DNA of 64,000 nucleotides from an uncultured Gaiellales bacterium (GTDB lineage: Bacteria > Actinomycetota > Thermoleophilia > Gaiellales > Gaiellaceae), in the NCBI GenBank assembly GCA_964578545.1, contig CAZODN010000001.1:8139-72138 (forward strand), in the 5' to 3' direction. Shown here one piece after another: positions 26,401-36,044 of this stretch. The notes under the pieces were generated by a model. That model saw only the letters and a list, made by a program, of their open reading frames with translations. It did not search any database and was not told the origin of the DNA. The translations under genes and the position numbers were made by a program. Position 1 is the stretch's first letter, and the number at the start of each line of letters is the position of its first letter.

Positions 26401-27539
26401 CCGCGGACGAGCAGGCCGTCCTCACGCGCCTGTCGCGGCTCGACCGCTACCTCCCGCTCTGGATCGGGCTGGCCATGGCAGGCGGGCTCCTGCTCGGGAC
26501 GATCGTGCCGAGCCTGAACGACGGGCTCGAGAAGCTCCAGGTCGGCACAGTCTCGCTGCCGATCGCGATCGGGCTGCTCGTGATGATGTACCCGGTCCTG
26601 GCGAAGGTCCGCTACGAGGACCTCGGTCGCCTGAGCGACGACGGCGTAGGAAACGGCCGCTTCTTCGGCGCCTCGCTCTTCCTCTCGTGGGTCGTCGGCC
26701 CGGCGCTCATGTTCGCGCTCGCCTGGATCTTCCTCGCCGACCAGCCCGCCTACCGCACGGGCGTGATCATCGTCGGCCTCGCGCGCTGCATCGCGATGGT
26801 CCTCGTCTGGAACGACATCGCGCTCGGCGACCGCGAGCGGGCGGCGATCCTGGTGGTCTTCAACGCGATCTTCCAGCTCGTCGCCTATGCGCTGCTCGGC
26901 TGGTTCTACCTCAGCGTGCTGCCCGGCTGGCTCGGGTTCGACACCCAGGGGTTCGAGGTCGGGATCTGGGAGGTCGCGCGGACGGTGCTGATCTTCCTCG
27001 GCATCCCCCTCCTCGCCGGCTACCTCACGAGGACGATCGGGATCCGGCGGCGGGGACGCGAGTGGTACGAGAGCCGGCTCGTCCCGCGCATCGCGCCGTT
27101 CACCCTCTACGGGCTCCTCTTCACGATCGTGCTCCTCTTCGCCATCCAGGGCGAGGAGATCACCTCGCAGCCGCTCGACGTCGCGCTCATCGCCGCGCCG
27201 CTCCTCGTCTACTTCGCCGTCATGTGGGTGCTGGGCTTCTTCTCCGGCCGGGTGCTGGGGTTCCCGTACCCGCAGACCGCCGCGCTCTCCTTCACCGTCG
27301 CCTCGAACGACTTCGAGCTCGCGATCGCCGTTGCGGTCGGCGTCTTCGGCGCCGCGTCCGGCCAGGCCCTCGCCGGCGTCGTCGGGCCGCTCATCGAGGT
27401 CCCCGTCCTCGTCGCGCTCGTCTACGTCGCGCTCTGGCTCCGGCGGCGGCTGACCTGGCCCCCGTACCCGAGCGCAGCTCCCGTCGTCCGGACGGAGCCC
27501 GTCGGCTCACCGGCCGGCCGGAGCGCGCCGGCGCCGTAG
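26397..27539 (+). CDS. acr3: ACR3 family arsenite efflux transporter
   Basis: LSRLDRYLPLWIGLAMAGGLLLG...VSLPIAIGLLVMMYPVLAKVRYEDL...FTVASNDFELAIAVA matches ACR3 over the full length. Confidence 0.92.
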   Translation: MTADEQAVLTRLSRLDRYLPLWIGLAMAGGLLLGTIVPSLNDGLEKLQVGTVSLPIAIGLLVMMYPVLAKVRYEDLGRLSDDGVGNGRFFGASLFLSWVVGPALMFALAWIFLADQPAYRTGVIIVGLARCIAMVLVWNDIALGDRERAAILVVFNAIFQLVAYALLGWFYLSVLPGWLGFDTQGFEVGIWEVARTVLIFLGIPLLAGYLTRTIGIRRRGREWYESRLVPRIAPFTLYGLLFTIVLLFAIQGEEITSQPLDVALIAAPLLVYFAVMWVLGFFSGRVLGFPYPQTAALSFTVASNDFELAIAVAVGVFGAASGQALAGVVGPLIEVPVLVALVYVALWLRRRLTWPPYPSAAPVVRTEPVGSPAGRSAPAP

Positions 27540-27551
27540 CGCCGGAACGCT

Positions 27552-27579
27552 GAGGGGGCGGCCCGTCGGCCGCCCCCTC
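27552..27579. terminator. Bidirectional hairpin GAGGGGGCGGCC-cgtc-GGCCGCCCCCTC between convergent acr3 and pstS2
   Basis: 12-bp perfect arms at 27552..27563 and 27568..27579. Confidence 0.6.
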
Positions 27580-27610
27580 TGCTGGCAGGTGTCGGGTGGA
27601 GGAGGAGCTG

Positions 27611-28603
27611 CTAGGACTTGTTCGCAGCCTTGACGGCGAGGTAGAACGTCGTCCGCGCCTTCTTCAGCTGCTTCGGCGTCAGGGGGATGAAGTCCGCCCG
27701 CTTCGCGATCGCGACCTCGTTGTCGAAGATGAAGTCGAGGAACGCCTGCACTTCCTTGCGCTGGAACGACGACGCCTTCGCGTAGATGAAGAGCGGTCGC
27801 GCGAGCGGCTTGTACGTCCCGGTCTGGGCCGCCTTCGCCGACGGGGCGACGCACTCCCCGGTCTTCGGGTTCCTGATCTCGAGCGCCTTCAGCTTGTCCT
27901 GGTTCTCCACGAAGTAGGAGTACCCGAAGTACCCCATTCCCCCGCGCTCACCAGCGACGCCCTGAACGGTGACGTTGTCGTCCTCGGTCGCCACGTAGTC
28001 GGACCGGCTCCGCTTCGACTTCCCGTTGATGACCTCGGTGAAGTAGTCGAACGTCCCGGAGTCCGTGCCGGCTCCGAAGAGCTTGAGCGGCACATCCGGG
28101 AACCCGTCCCTGATGTCCTTCCAGTTGTTGACCTTGGAGCCCTGATCCCAGACCTTCTTGAGCTCGTCGACCGAGAGGCACTTGGCCCACGTGTTCTGCT
28201 TGTTCACGACGACGGTCAGCGCGTCGTTCGCGACGGTGAACGCGCGCCGGTAGCCGACGCCGTTCTTGATGCACTCCTGCGCCTCGCTGGCCTTGATCGG
28301 GCGGGATGCGTCCGCCAGGTCGGTCTCGCCCTTGCAGAAGCGCTGGAAGCCGCCGCCGGTCCCGGAGATGCCGACCGTCACCCGGACGCCCGAGGCGCCG
28401 GCGCGGGCGAACAGCTCCGCCGCGGCCGTCGTGTACGGGCCAACGGTGGACGAGCCGTCCGCGGTGATCGAGCCCTTGAGCTTCTTCAGGTTGTACGTCG
28501 GGTTCTGCTGCGCCGACCCGGCGACTGCGATGGACGCAACCGCGAGACAGGCGACGACCCCTCCGGCGACCGCGAGCACGCGGCGCCCCACTGAGTACTT
28601 CAT
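27611..28603 (-). CDS. pstS: Phosphate ABC transporter substrate-binding protein, second (basic) paralog
   Basis: [23 protein letters not shown]...[18 protein letters not shown]...[29 protein letters not shown] prefer ATG 28603 over the track start 28615. The protein is Lys/Arg-rich, whereas the 32114 paralog is Asp/Glu-rich. Confidence 0.88.
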   Translation of the reverse strand: MKYSVGRRVLAVAGGVVACLAVASIAVAGSAQQNPTYNLKKLKGSITADGSSTVGPYTTAAAELFARAGASGVRVTVGISGTGGGFQRFCKGETDLADASRPIKASEAQECIKNGVGYRRAFTVANDALTVVVNKQNTWAKCLSVDELKKVWDQGSKVNNWKDIRDGFPDVPLKLFGAGTDSGTFDYFTEVINGKSKRSRSDYVATEDDNVTVQGVAGERGGMGYFGYSYFVENQDKLKALEIRNPKTGECVAPSAKAAQTGTYKPLARPLFIYAKASSFQRKEVQAFLDFIFDNEVAIAKRADFIPLTPKQLKKARTTFYLAVKAANKS

Positions 28604-28676
28604 GTCCTTCTCCACTCCTCCGTCGTTGACGAGTTACCGTGCGCCGGAAGGGTCGCCGCGGCGTGCCTGGCGGTGG

Positions 28677-28715
28677 GGTGAAGAGCGGTGAACGATCGGT
28701 TGCGAGGTGGTGAAC
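28677..28715 (-). promoter_or_regulatory. PHO-box-like direct repeats (minus strand GTTCACC ... GTTCACC, CTTCACC) upstream of pstS2
   Basis: On the plus strand GGTGAAG lies at 28677, GGTGAAC at 28687 and GGTGAAC at 28709. The spacings are 10 and 22 nt. Confidence 0.45.
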
Positions 28716-28769
28716 GCGCCAGAGCCGGCGCGCTCGGACGCGGCGGCGCGGGCGCTGCCCGGCTGGAGA

Positions 28770-29432
28770 TCAGCGAGAGGCGTCGGTGAACTCGGCGAAC
28801 TCGCCGGTGACGACGAAGGCCGTCTGCTCGCCGATGTCCACGGCGTTGTCGCCGATCCGCTCGAAGCAGCGGGCGACGGTGATCTGGCGCATCCCCCACT
28901 CGAGCGCCTCGACGTCGTCGACGTAGCCGAGCACCTCCTGGAACACCTGCCGGTTCGCACGGTCGACGAGCTCGTCGAGACCGTGCAGCCCGCGAGCGCG
29001 CTCGAGGTCGCGCGAGGAGAAGGCATCCAGCGCGACCTTCACCATCTCGGCGCACCGCTCGCCCATGTCGACGAGGCTCTCGACGACCTCCGAGCGCGTC
29101 CCGAGGTGGCTGGAGAGCTTCGTCAGCTTGGCGATCGTGACGCACTGGTCGCCGATACGCTCGAGATGCAGCCCGCAGTGCAGGAGCGCGAGGACGAGGC
29201 GAAGGTCGCTCGCGACCGGGGTCTGGCGGGCGATGACGACCTCGACGTTCCGCTCGACCGCGAGGTAGTGCGCATCGATCTCGTCGTCGAAGGCGATGAC
29301 CTCGTCGCAGAGCTCGACGTCCTGCGTGCGGAGCGCGTCGACGGCTCCGCGGATGGCCCGGAGGACCACCTCGCCCATCTGCTGGAACTCGGCCTCGAGG
29401 GAGTCGAGCTCGGCCTGGAGCTCGATCCTCAT
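28770..29432 (-). CDS. phoU: Phosphate signalling complex protein PhoU (220 aa)
   Basis: From ATG 29432: [23 protein letters not shown]...[36 protein letters not shown]...[19 protein letters not shown] shows the two PhoU repeats. It has an ATGA overlap with pstB. Confidence 0.92.
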   Translation of the reverse strand: MRIELQAELDSLEAEFQQMGEVVLRAIRGAVDALRTQDVELCDEVIAFDDEIDAHYLAVERNVEVVIARQTPVASDLRLVLALLHCGLHLERIGDQCVTIAKLTKLSSHLGTRSEVVESLVDMGERCAEMVKVALDAFSSRDLERARGLHGLDELVDRANRQVFQEVLGYVDDVEALEWGMRQITVARCFERIGDNAVDIGEQTAFVVTGEFAEFTDASR

Positions 29433-30292
29433 CCGAACCGTCCCGTCACGTAGTCCTCGGTTCGCTTGTCGGACGGTGACGTGAAGATCTTCGTCGTCGC
29501 GTCGTACTCGACGAGGATGCCGCGGCGACCCGCACCGTCTTCGTCCACGAGGACGCTGAAGAAGGCGGTCATGTCCGCGACGCGTGCCGCCTGCTGCATG
29601 TTGTGAGTGACGATCACGATCGTGTACTCGCGCTTGAGCTCGTGCATGAGGTCCTCGATGCGCGTCGTGGAGATCGGGTCGAGCGCCGACGCCGGCTCGT
29701 CCATGAGGATGACGTCGGGCTCGACCGCGAGCGCCCGGGCGATGCAGAGGCGCTGCTGCTGGCCTCCCGACAGCCCGAGCGCGCCATCCTTCAGCCGGTC
29801 CTTGACCTCGTCCCAGAGCGCGGCGTGGCGGAGGGCGCCCTCGACGCGCTCGTCCATGCTGCCCTTCATGCCGAGCACCCGAGGACCGAAGGCGATGTTG
29901 TCGTAGATCGACTTCGGAAACGGGTTCGGCTTCTGGAACACCATGCCGATCCGGCGCCGGATCTCCACGGGGTCGAGGTCGGGGCTGTAGAGATCCTGGC
30001 CGTGGTAGAGGACCTCTCCCGTCACCTTGGCGCCGGGAATGAGGTCGTTCATGCGGTTGAAGCAGCGAATGAACGTGCTCTTCCCGCACCCGGACGGGCC
30101 GATGAATGCGGTCACGGTGTTCCGGTAGACGTCGAGGTTGACGTCCAGGAGCGCGACCTTGCCGCCGTAGGAGACGCTCAGGTCGGTCACCGAGAAGACC
30201 TTCTCGCGGCGCTCGACCTCGCTCCGGTCGAGGGCGGTGGAGACCTCTGCGATGCGGGAGCTGTCGATGTGCGGGGCTTCCATCTGCGTCAT
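29429..30292 (-). CDS. pstB: Phosphate ABC transporter ATP-binding protein
   Basis: [25 protein letters not shown]...[33 protein letters not shown]...[11 protein letters not shown]. Start chosen at ATG 30292. Confidence 0.95.
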   Translation of the reverse strand: MTQMEAPHIDSSRIAEVSTALDRSEVERREKVFSVTDLSVSYGGKVALLDVNLDVYRNTVTAFIGPSGCGKSTFIRCFNRMNDLIPGAKVTGEVLYHGQDLYSPDLDPVEIRRRIGMVFQKPNPFPKSIYDNIAFGPRVLGMKGSMDERVEGALRHAALWDEVKDRLKDGALGLSGGQQQRLCIARALAVEPDVILMDEPASALDPISTTRIEDLMHELKREYTIVIVTHNMQQAARVADMTAFFSVLVDEDGAGRRGILVEYDATTKIFTSPSDKRTEDYVTGRFG

Positions 30293-30300
30293 TGCCTCGA

Positions 30301-31182
30301 TCACCATTGCTTGCGGTAGCGATTGCGAAGGAAGATCGCCACCGCGTTCATGCTGAGCACGATGACGAGGAGGACGATAGCGCCGGCGGCGGCGAGGGTC
30401 TGGAAGTCCACGTCCGGCTGTCGCGTCCAGTTGTAGATCTGCACGGGGAGCGCGGTGTACGGCCCGAGGAGCGTCGGGTTGAAGGCGACGTAGGTGATGG
30501 CGCCGACCATGATCAGCGGCGCCGTCTCGCCCACGGCGCGCGAGAGGGCGAGGATCGAGCCGGTGGCGATGCCGGGGATCGACGCCGGGAGCACCTGGCG
30601 CCAGACGACCTGCCACTTCGTCGCCCCGAGCGCGAACGCGCCCTGGCGGATCGAGTCCGGGACGGCGCGGATCGCCTCTCGCGAGGAGACCACGACCGTG
30701 GGCAGCACCACGAGGGTGAGGATCAGCCCACCGGCCAGGATCACGCGGCCGACGCCGATCCCGCGCACGATGAACGCGAGCCCCAGGATCCCGTAGACGA
30801 TGGCCGGAACGGCCGCGAGGTTCTGGATGTTCACCTCGATCGCCCGGTTCCACCACCGCTCGCGGTTCGCGTACTCCTCGAGGTAGATCGCCGTGAGGAC
30901 GCCGATCGGGACGGAGAAGAGCAGGACGAGCGCCCCGAGGTAGAGCGTCGCCAGGATCGCAGGCCGCGCGCCCGCTTCCTCCGGGAGCGTCGACGGCAGC
31001 CCGTTGAGGAGCTGGCCGTCGAGCTCGGGCCAGCCCGTCACGAAGGTGTCCACGAGCAGGACGGCGAGCGTTCCGAAGGCGACGAACATGCAGAACAGCA
31101 TCGCCACCTTGAACAGGCGATTCCGCCAGACGCGGCGTGGGCGCTCCGACAGCATCGAGGTGGGCGCGGCGACCGACGTCAC
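30301..31182 (-). CDS. pstA: Phosphate ABC transporter permease PstA
   Basis: 293 aa with multiple TM segments. The EAA-type loop is [40 protein letters not shown]. Confidence 0.92.
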   Translation of the reverse strand: MTSVAAPTSMLSERPRRVWRNRLFKVAMLFCMFVAFGTLAVLLVDTFVTGWPELDGQLLNGLPSTLPEEAGARPAILATLYLGALVLLFSVPIGVLTAIYLEEYANRERWWNRAIEVNIQNLAAVPAIVYGILGLAFIVRGIGVGRVILAGGLILTLVVLPTVVVSSREAIRAVPDSIRQGAFALGATKWQVVWRQVLPASIPGIATGSILALSRAVGETAPLIMVGAITYVAFNPTLLGPYTALPVQIYNWTRQPDVDFQTLAAAGAIVLLVIVLSMNAVAIFLRNRYRKQW

Positions 31183-32117
31183 TCGTAGATCTCCCGGTAC
31201 TTGCGAACGAGGCGGATCGAGATGAGGTTCATGACGAGCGTCATCGCGAAGAGCGTGAGCCCGACGGCGAAGATCGTCTTGTACTCGATCGAGCCCGTCG
31301 GGACGTCACCGTTGCCGGTTGCGCCGATGAAGGCCGTGATCGTCTCGATCGTGTTCCGCGGGTCGAACGTGATCTGGGCCAGCTGCCCGGCGGCGATGAG
31401 CACGATCATCGTCTCGCCGACGGCGCGCGAGAAGGCGAGGACGAACGCGGCGATGATCCCCGAGACGGCGGCCGGGACGACGATGCGGGTCGAGACCTGG
31501 AGCTTGTCGGCGCCGAGCGCGTACCCACCATCGCGAAGGTCGCGTGGGACTGCGGCCATCGCGTCCTCCGAGAGCGTCGCCACCGTGGGGATGAGCATGA
31601 TTCCGAGCACGAGGCTCGCGGACAGCGCGTTGAAGACCTCGACCTGCACGCCCACCTGGTCGCGCAGGAACGGGGTGACGAACGTGAGTGCGAAGTACCC
31701 GAGCACGACCGTCGGGATCGCCGCCAGGATCTCGAGGATCGGCTTCAGGAACGCGGTCGCCCGCGGCGGCGCGTACTCGCTCAGGTAGATGGCGACCCCG
31801 ATCCCCAGGGGGAAGGCGACGAGCGCCGACCAGAAGGAGATCGTGAGCGTTCCCACCACGAGCGGCACGACGCCGAAGTGCGCATCCAGGAAGAGCGGCG
31901 CCCAGACCGTGCCCGTGAAGAACTCCCAGGGGCTGACCACCTCGAAGAACTCGAGCGCGGGCAGGACGAGCGAGAGGACGATCCCGACCGTCGTGAGCAC
32001 GGAGACGGCGGAAGCGGCGAAGAGAACCGCATACACGACCTGCTCACCCCACCGGATCTTCTTGGTCGGGAGGGCAACGACGGCGGGCGCCCCGCTGGTG
32101 ATCTCCGCAGTCGTCAC
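31179..32117 (-). CDS. pstC: Phosphate ABC transporter permease PstC
   Basis: From GTG 32117 (GTGA overlap with the pstS stop): ...[41 protein letters not shown]. Confidence 0.9.
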   Translation of the reverse strand: MTTAEITSGAPAVVALPTKKIRWGEQVVYAVLFAASAVSVLTTVGIVLSLVLPALEFFEVVSPWEFFTGTVWAPLFLDAHFGVVPLVVGTLTISFWSALVAFPLGIGVAIYLSEYAPPRATAFLKPILEILAAIPTVVLGYFALTFVTPFLRDQVGVQVEVFNALSASLVLGIMLIPTVATLSEDAMAAVPRDLRDGGYALGADKLQVSTRIVVPAAVSGIIAAFVLAFSRAVGETMIVLIAAGQLAQITFDPRNTIETITAFIGATGNGDVPTGSIEYKTIFAVGLTLFAMTLVMNLISIRLVRKYREIYE

Positions 32118-33040
32118 GATGCCGTCGCGTCCTCGAGCGTCTGCCGCTGCTCGTCGATCGTCTCCTGGCTCAGCGGGACGAACTGCGCTTCCTCGGCGAT
32201 CGTCTGGGCATTGTCGAGCGTGTACGTCAGGAACTCGACCAGGGACTCGTTGTCCTCGAGCGAGCTCTTCTTGACGTACATGAAGAGGGGCCGCGAGAGC
32301 GGCGTGTAGCTGCCGTCCTGCGCGCTCTCCGCACTCGGCGCGACGCAGCCGGAGCCGCCGTCGACCTCGAGGGCCTTGAGCTTGTCCTGGTTCTCCTCGA
32401 AGTACGAGAAGCCGAAGTACCCCAGCGCGCCCTTGTCGCCCGCGACGCCCTGAACCGTGACGTTGTCGTCTTCGGTGGCGGAGAAGTCGGACCGGCTCGC
32501 ACCGCTCTCGCCGTTGATCACCTCGGTGAAGTAGTCGAACGTGCCCGAGTCGGTCCCTGCGCCGTACAGCTTGAGCGGGACGTCCGGGAACGAAGGATCG
32601 ACCTGGTTCCAGCTCTTCACCGTGGAGCCGGGCTTCCAGATCGCGTTCAGCTGCTCGACCGTCAGGCACGTGGCCCAGTCGTTCTCGAGGTTGACGACAT
32701 TCGTGAGCGCGTCGAGGGCGACCTCGAGCTGGATGTACTCGATGCCGTTCTCCTCGCAGATCGCCGCCTCCTCGTCCTTGATCGGGCGAGAGGCGTCGGA
32801 GATGTCGGTCTCGCCGGCGCAGAAGCGCTCGAAGCCGCCCCCGGTTCCCGAGATGCCCACGGTGACGTCGCCGCCGCCGCTCGCCTTCCAGTCCTCGGCG
32901 GCCTTGGTCGCGAAGGGGCCGACGGTGCTCGATCCGTCGGCGATGATGACACCCCCGGACTCGTCGCCGCCGCAGCCGGCAGTGACGAGGGCGAGGACAG
33001 CGGTGCAGGCGACCACGGAGACGAGCGCGCGTCTAGTCAT
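32114..33040 (-). CDS. pstS: Phosphate ABC transporter substrate-binding lipoprotein (acidic paralog, head of pstSCAB-phoU)
   Basis: From ATG 33040: MTRRALVSVVACTAVLALVTAGCGG (lipobox) ...[16 protein letters not shown]...[28 protein letters not shown]. Confidence 0.9.
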   Translation of the reverse strand: MTRRALVSVVACTAVLALVTAGCGGDESGGVIIADGSSTVGPFATKAAEDWKASGGGDVTVGISGTGGGFERFCAGETDISDASRPIKDEEAAICEENGIEYIQLEVALDALTNVVNLENDWATCLTVEQLNAIWKPGSTVKSWNQVDPSFPDVPLKLYGAGTDSGTFDYFTEVINGESGASRSDFSATEDDNVTVQGVAGDKGALGYFGFSYFEENQDKLKALEVDGGSGCVAPSAESAQDGSYTPLSRPLFMYVKKSSLEDNESLVEFLTYTLDNAQTIAEEAQFVPLSQETIDEQRQTLEDATAS

Positions 33041-33084
33041 GCCGGGAGTCTCCCGCTGGACCTCCAGGTCACGGGGCACCTGCT

Positions 33085-33113
33085 GGTGAACATCTGGTGA
33101 GAATCTAGTGAAC
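33085..33113 (-). promoter_or_regulatory. PHO-box-like array: three 11-nt-spaced repeats (minus strand GTTCACt / TCTCACC / GTTCACC) about 45 nt upstream of pstS
   Basis: On the plus strand GGTGAAC lies at 33085, GGTGAGA at 33096 and aGTGAAC at 33107, with exact 11-nt periodicity. From memory, actinobacterial PhoP/RegX3-type boxes are 11-nt GTTCACC-type direct repeats. Confidence 0.6.
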
Positions 33114-34085
33114 GGGCTCGGCGGGCTGCTCTGCCAAGCGTGCGCCAGGCGGCCACTCGTCCGGCTCCTCTCCCGTCGTCTCCGGGCGCAGGAGCGAGGC
33201 GATCACGGCGACCGCGAGCGTCAGGACGATCACGGCCAGCGAGATGGCCACGGGGATCTTGTAGAAGTCCGAGATCGTCATCTTCACGCCGACGAAGACG
33301 AGCACGACGGCGAGCCCGACGTTGAGGTACCGGAACTTCCCGATCATGCTCGCAAGGACGAAGTAGAGCGCGGCGAGGCCGAGCAGGGAGAACGCGTTCG
33401 CGGCGTAGACGATGAAGGGCTCGCGCGTCACGGCGAAGATGGCCGGGATCGAGTCCACGGCGAACACGACGTCGAACGTCGCGACGAGCACGAGGGCCGC
33501 GAGCAGCGGCGTCCCGATGCGCTTCCCGGCCTCGCGCACGGTGAGCTTGTCTCCGTGGTACTCGGTCGTCAGCGGGACCATCCGACCGAGCAGCTTCAGG
33601 ACGGGGTTGCGCTCCGGGTGGATCTCCGTCGTGTGGTGCCGCGCCATGCGGATCCCCGTGACGATGAGGATCGCGCCGAAGACGTAGATCGTGTAGTGGA
33701 AGGTCTCGAGCAGGACCGAGCCCGCGGCGATGAAGATGCCGCGAAGGACGATCGCCCCGGCGATCCCCCAGAAGAGCACGCGGCGCTGCGACGCCTCCGG
33801 AACGGCGAAGTACGCGAAGATCAGCGCGAAGACGAAGAGGTTGTCGACGGAGAGCGACTTCTCGATCAGGAAGCCCGCGAAGTACTCCTCGGCCCAGACG
33901 CGCCCCTGCCAGGCCCAGAGCCCGAATCCGAACGCCACGCCGAGCGCCGTCCAGGCGACGCTGGCCACGGCCGCGCGCCGGAACGAGATCCGCCCACGCT
34001 CGCGACCCGCGACGACGAAGTCGACCGCGAGCAGCGCGACGACGAGGACGCCGAACGCCGCCCATGCCCACCACTCGAGATTCAC
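33105..34085 (-). CDS. TerC family integral membrane protein
   Basis: EYFAGFLIEKSLSVDNLFVFALIF...VLFWGIAGAIVLRGIFI...FAVDSIPAIFAVT is the duplicated TerC motif. GTG start with GGAGGAGG upstream. Confidence 0.88.
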   Translation of the reverse strand: MNLEWWAWAAFGVLVVALLAVDFVVAGRERGRISFRRAAVASVAWTALGVAFGFGLWAWQGRVWAEEYFAGFLIEKSLSVDNLFVFALIFAYFAVPEASQRRVLFWGIAGAIVLRGIFIAAGSVLLETFHYTIYVFGAILIVTGIRMARHHTTEIHPERNPVLKLLGRMVPLTTEYHGDKLTVREAGKRIGTPLLAALVLVATFDVVFAVDSIPAIFAVTREPFIVYAANAFSLLGLAALYFVLASMIGKFRYLNVGLAVVLVFVGVKMTISDFYKIPVAISLAVIVLTLAVAVIASLLRPETTGEEPDEWPPGARLAEQPAEPVH

Positions 34086-34117
34086 CGAGAGCCTCCTCCG
34101 TCAGGCCGTTGACTGGT

Positions 34118-34212
34118 CGACGAAGGTCTTCCCCGCCGCTCTCGCGGCCGACGTCACCGGGCACGAAGCCGGATTGACGATGACGCCCGTTGCGGAGTAC
34201 TGCCCTTCGGCC
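34118..34212 (-). promoter_or_regulatory. Candidate yybP-ykoY (Mn2+) riboswitch in the TerC leader
   Basis: The minus-strand RNA reads CGAAGG-GCAGUAC-...-CGUCAAUCCGGCUUCGUGCCCGGUGACG-...-GGAAGACCUUCG. The closing helix is CGAAGG/CCUUCG. The blocks resemble the family's GGGGAGUAG, GUCAAU...CCGGCUU...UUGACA and AAGACC elements as I recall them. TerC genes are classic hosts of this riboswitch. Confidence 0.5.
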
Positions 34213-34236
34213 GGTGAGCGTAGCAGTCGGGGGAGC

Positions 34237-35166
34237 TCAGCCGGGGCCCGGGAGCTCGCACCGCACCTCGAAGCCGCGCCCGCGCCCTCCGTGGGCTTCG
34301 ACCGTGCCGTCGGCCTGCGTGACGACGTGCTTGACGATGGCGAGCCCGAGCCCGGTTCCCCTCGAGGCGCGAGCGCGGTCGGCGCGGTAGAAGCGCTCGA
34401 AGAGGCGGGGGAGCTCCGACTCCTCGACCCCGATCCCGTCGTCGCGGGCGGCGATGACCACCGTCCCGTCGGGCTGTCGCTCGACCACGAGCGTGAACGT
34501 CGCGCCCGGGCCTGCGTAGCGGATCGCGTTCTCGGCCAGGTTCCGGGCCAGGATGCGCATCATCCTCGGGCGCATCGCGAGCTCGACGTCTGGGTCGCAC
34601 TCGAGCCGGAGCTCGACATCCGCGCGGGCCGCCCGCTCGCGCAGCTCGTCGAGGGCCTCCTCGAGCACCGGGCGGACGAGCGTCGGCCCGAGCGCGACGA
34701 CGCGCGCGCCGGATTCGAGCTCGCTGAGGAAGAGCACCTCGTCGATGAGCTCCGTGATCTGCTCGACCTCCGCGCGCGCCTGCTCGACGAGCGCGGTGAC
34801 GTCCTCCCCGGGGAGCGCTGCCGTCTCCAGGAGCGTCAGGAGCCGGGCGAGCGGCGTGCGGAGCTCGTGCGAGACGGCGGCGGTGAACCCGGCGCGGAGC
34901 TCCTCGTAGGCGGCGAGGTCTCCCTCCTGGGAGAGGTAGACGAGCCGCTCCCGGCGGCCCTCGACCTCGAGCGGGACGATGTGCGGCACCAACCCTCTAC
35001 CGCCGGAGAGGAGCTCCGGCGGGAGCGGCTCTCCTTCGCGAAGGTCCTCGATCGACTGCCGGGCACGGCGGCTGGCGGCGACGACATGGTCGTCCTCGTC
35101 GAGCACGACCACGGCCTCCCTACTCTCCTCGACGAGCGCGCGCCCCCGGATCGCGTCGGCGTTCAC
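34237..35166 (-). CDS. Cytoplasmic sensor histidine kinase (PAS-like N-terminus, HisKA, HATPase_c)
   Basis: H-box FTAAVSHELRTPLARL. N and G boxes NLAENAIRYAG, RDDGIGV and GTGLGLAIVKH. I saw no TM segment. Confidence 0.85.
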   Translation of the reverse strand: MNADAIRGRALVEESREAVVVLDEDDHVVAASRRARQSIEDLREGEPLPPELLSGGRGLVPHIVPLEVEGRRERLVYLSQEGDLAAYEELRAGFTAAVSHELRTPLARLLTLLETAALPGEDVTALVEQARAEVEQITELIDEVLFLSELESGARVVALGPTLVRPVLEEALDELRERAARADVELRLECDPDVELAMRPRMMRILARNLAENAIRYAGPGATFTLVVERQPDGTVVIAARDDGIGVEESELPRLFERFYRADRARASRGTGLGLAIVKHVVTQADGTVEAHGGRGRGFEVRCELPGPG

Positions 35167-35234
35167 TTCTCACAGGGTTCTAACAGAAGGCTTGCGCTTC
35201 CCTAGCCGGCTCCTCATTCCGCCCGAACTCACAT

Positions 35235-35253
35235 GTTCGTCAATCCGTTCGTC
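35235..35253 (+). promoter_or_regulatory. Direct repeat GTTCGTC-N5-GTTCGTC upstream of the RTX-like gene (possible response-regulator site)
   Basis: The copies at 35235 and 35247 were read directly. The significance is unproven. Confidence 0.25.
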
Positions 35254-35275
35254 AGCTCGACGAAAGGGGACAGTG

Positions 35276-35920
35276 ATGAGGTGGAAGGCGTTCGCACTGC
35301 TCGCAGCGGCCACGCTCGCGATCGCGAGCGTCGCCGCTGCGGCGGTGGTCACCGGCACGCCGGGGGACGACGTGCTCCGCGGGACGGACAAGGCAGACGA
35401 GATCCACGCCTTCGCGGGGAACGACGCCATCTACGCGCGTGCCGGCTCCGACGACGTGCGGGCAGGCACCGGCAACGACGGAGCCCGTGCCGGCGACGGG
35501 ACCGACACCGTCTACGGCGGGCTCGGCTCGGACACGCTGGCGGGCGCGGCGGGCAACGACCGCCTCGTCGGCGGCTCGGACGGCGATCAGGTGGCCGGCG
35601 GCGACGGGAACGACCGCGCCTCCGGTAACCGCGGCGACGACTCGGTCTCGGGGAACGACGGTAACGACTCGCTCTTCGGCGGCTGGGGCGCCGACCGTGT
35701 CTTCGGAGGGGCGGGGAACGACGAGCTCCACGCGCTCGCGCCGGACGGCCAGCCCGACCTCCTGAGCTGCGGGCCGGGCAACGACAAGGCCTGGGTGCTC
35801 CGTGCCGAGCGGCCGCGGACGCAGCTCGTCGGCTGCGAGAAGGTCGAGGTCGTGGATGCGCCGACCGCCGAGCAGGACGAGGGCGAGAACGCGGTGGCGG
35901 ACGCGGAGGCCGACGGGTAG
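35276..35920 (+). CDS. Secreted calcium-binding repeat (RTX/hemolysin-type GGxGxD-like) protein
   Basis: From ATG 35276: MRWKAFALLAAATLAIASVAAA is a signal peptide. Repeated GxDxL/V nonapeptides follow: GTPGDDVLRGT, GNDAIYA, GSDDVRAGTGNDGARAGDGTDTVYGGLGSDTLAGAAGNDRLVGGSDGDQVAGGDGNDRASGNRGDDSVSGNDGNDSLFGG. Confidence 0.75.
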   Translation: MRWKAFALLAAATLAIASVAAAAVVTGTPGDDVLRGTDKADEIHAFAGNDAIYARAGSDDVRAGTGNDGARAGDGTDTVYGGLGSDTLAGAAGNDRLVGGSDGDQVAGGDGNDRASGNRGDDSVSGNDGNDSLFGGWGADRVFGGAGNDELHALAPDGQPDLLSCGPGNDKAWVLRAERPRTQLVGCEKVEVVDAPTAEQDEGENAVADAEADG

Positions 35921-36002
35921 CACGGCCCGGAGACGAGCCCGCGACGCCCCTGTCCGAGGCGGGCTCACGTTCTCCAGTCGGATACCAGTTGGTAACCGCT
36001 TA

Positions 36003-36029
36003 GCGGCCCCCGGCGACCCCGGGGGCCGC
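36003..36029 (+). terminator. GC hairpin (11-bp arms GCGGCCCCCGG / CCGGGGGCCGC) after the RTX-like gene and 3 nt before the RR -10 box
   Basis: The arms at 36003..36013 and 36019..36029 are exact complements. Confidence 0.4.
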
Positions 36030-36032
36030 GAC

Positions 36033-36038
36033 TATCGT
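36033..36038 (+). promoter_or_regulatory. -10-like TATCGT, 6 nt upstream of GTG 36045 (leaderless-type)
   Basis: Read directly. Confidence 0.35.
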
Positions 36039-36044
36039 GAAGGA

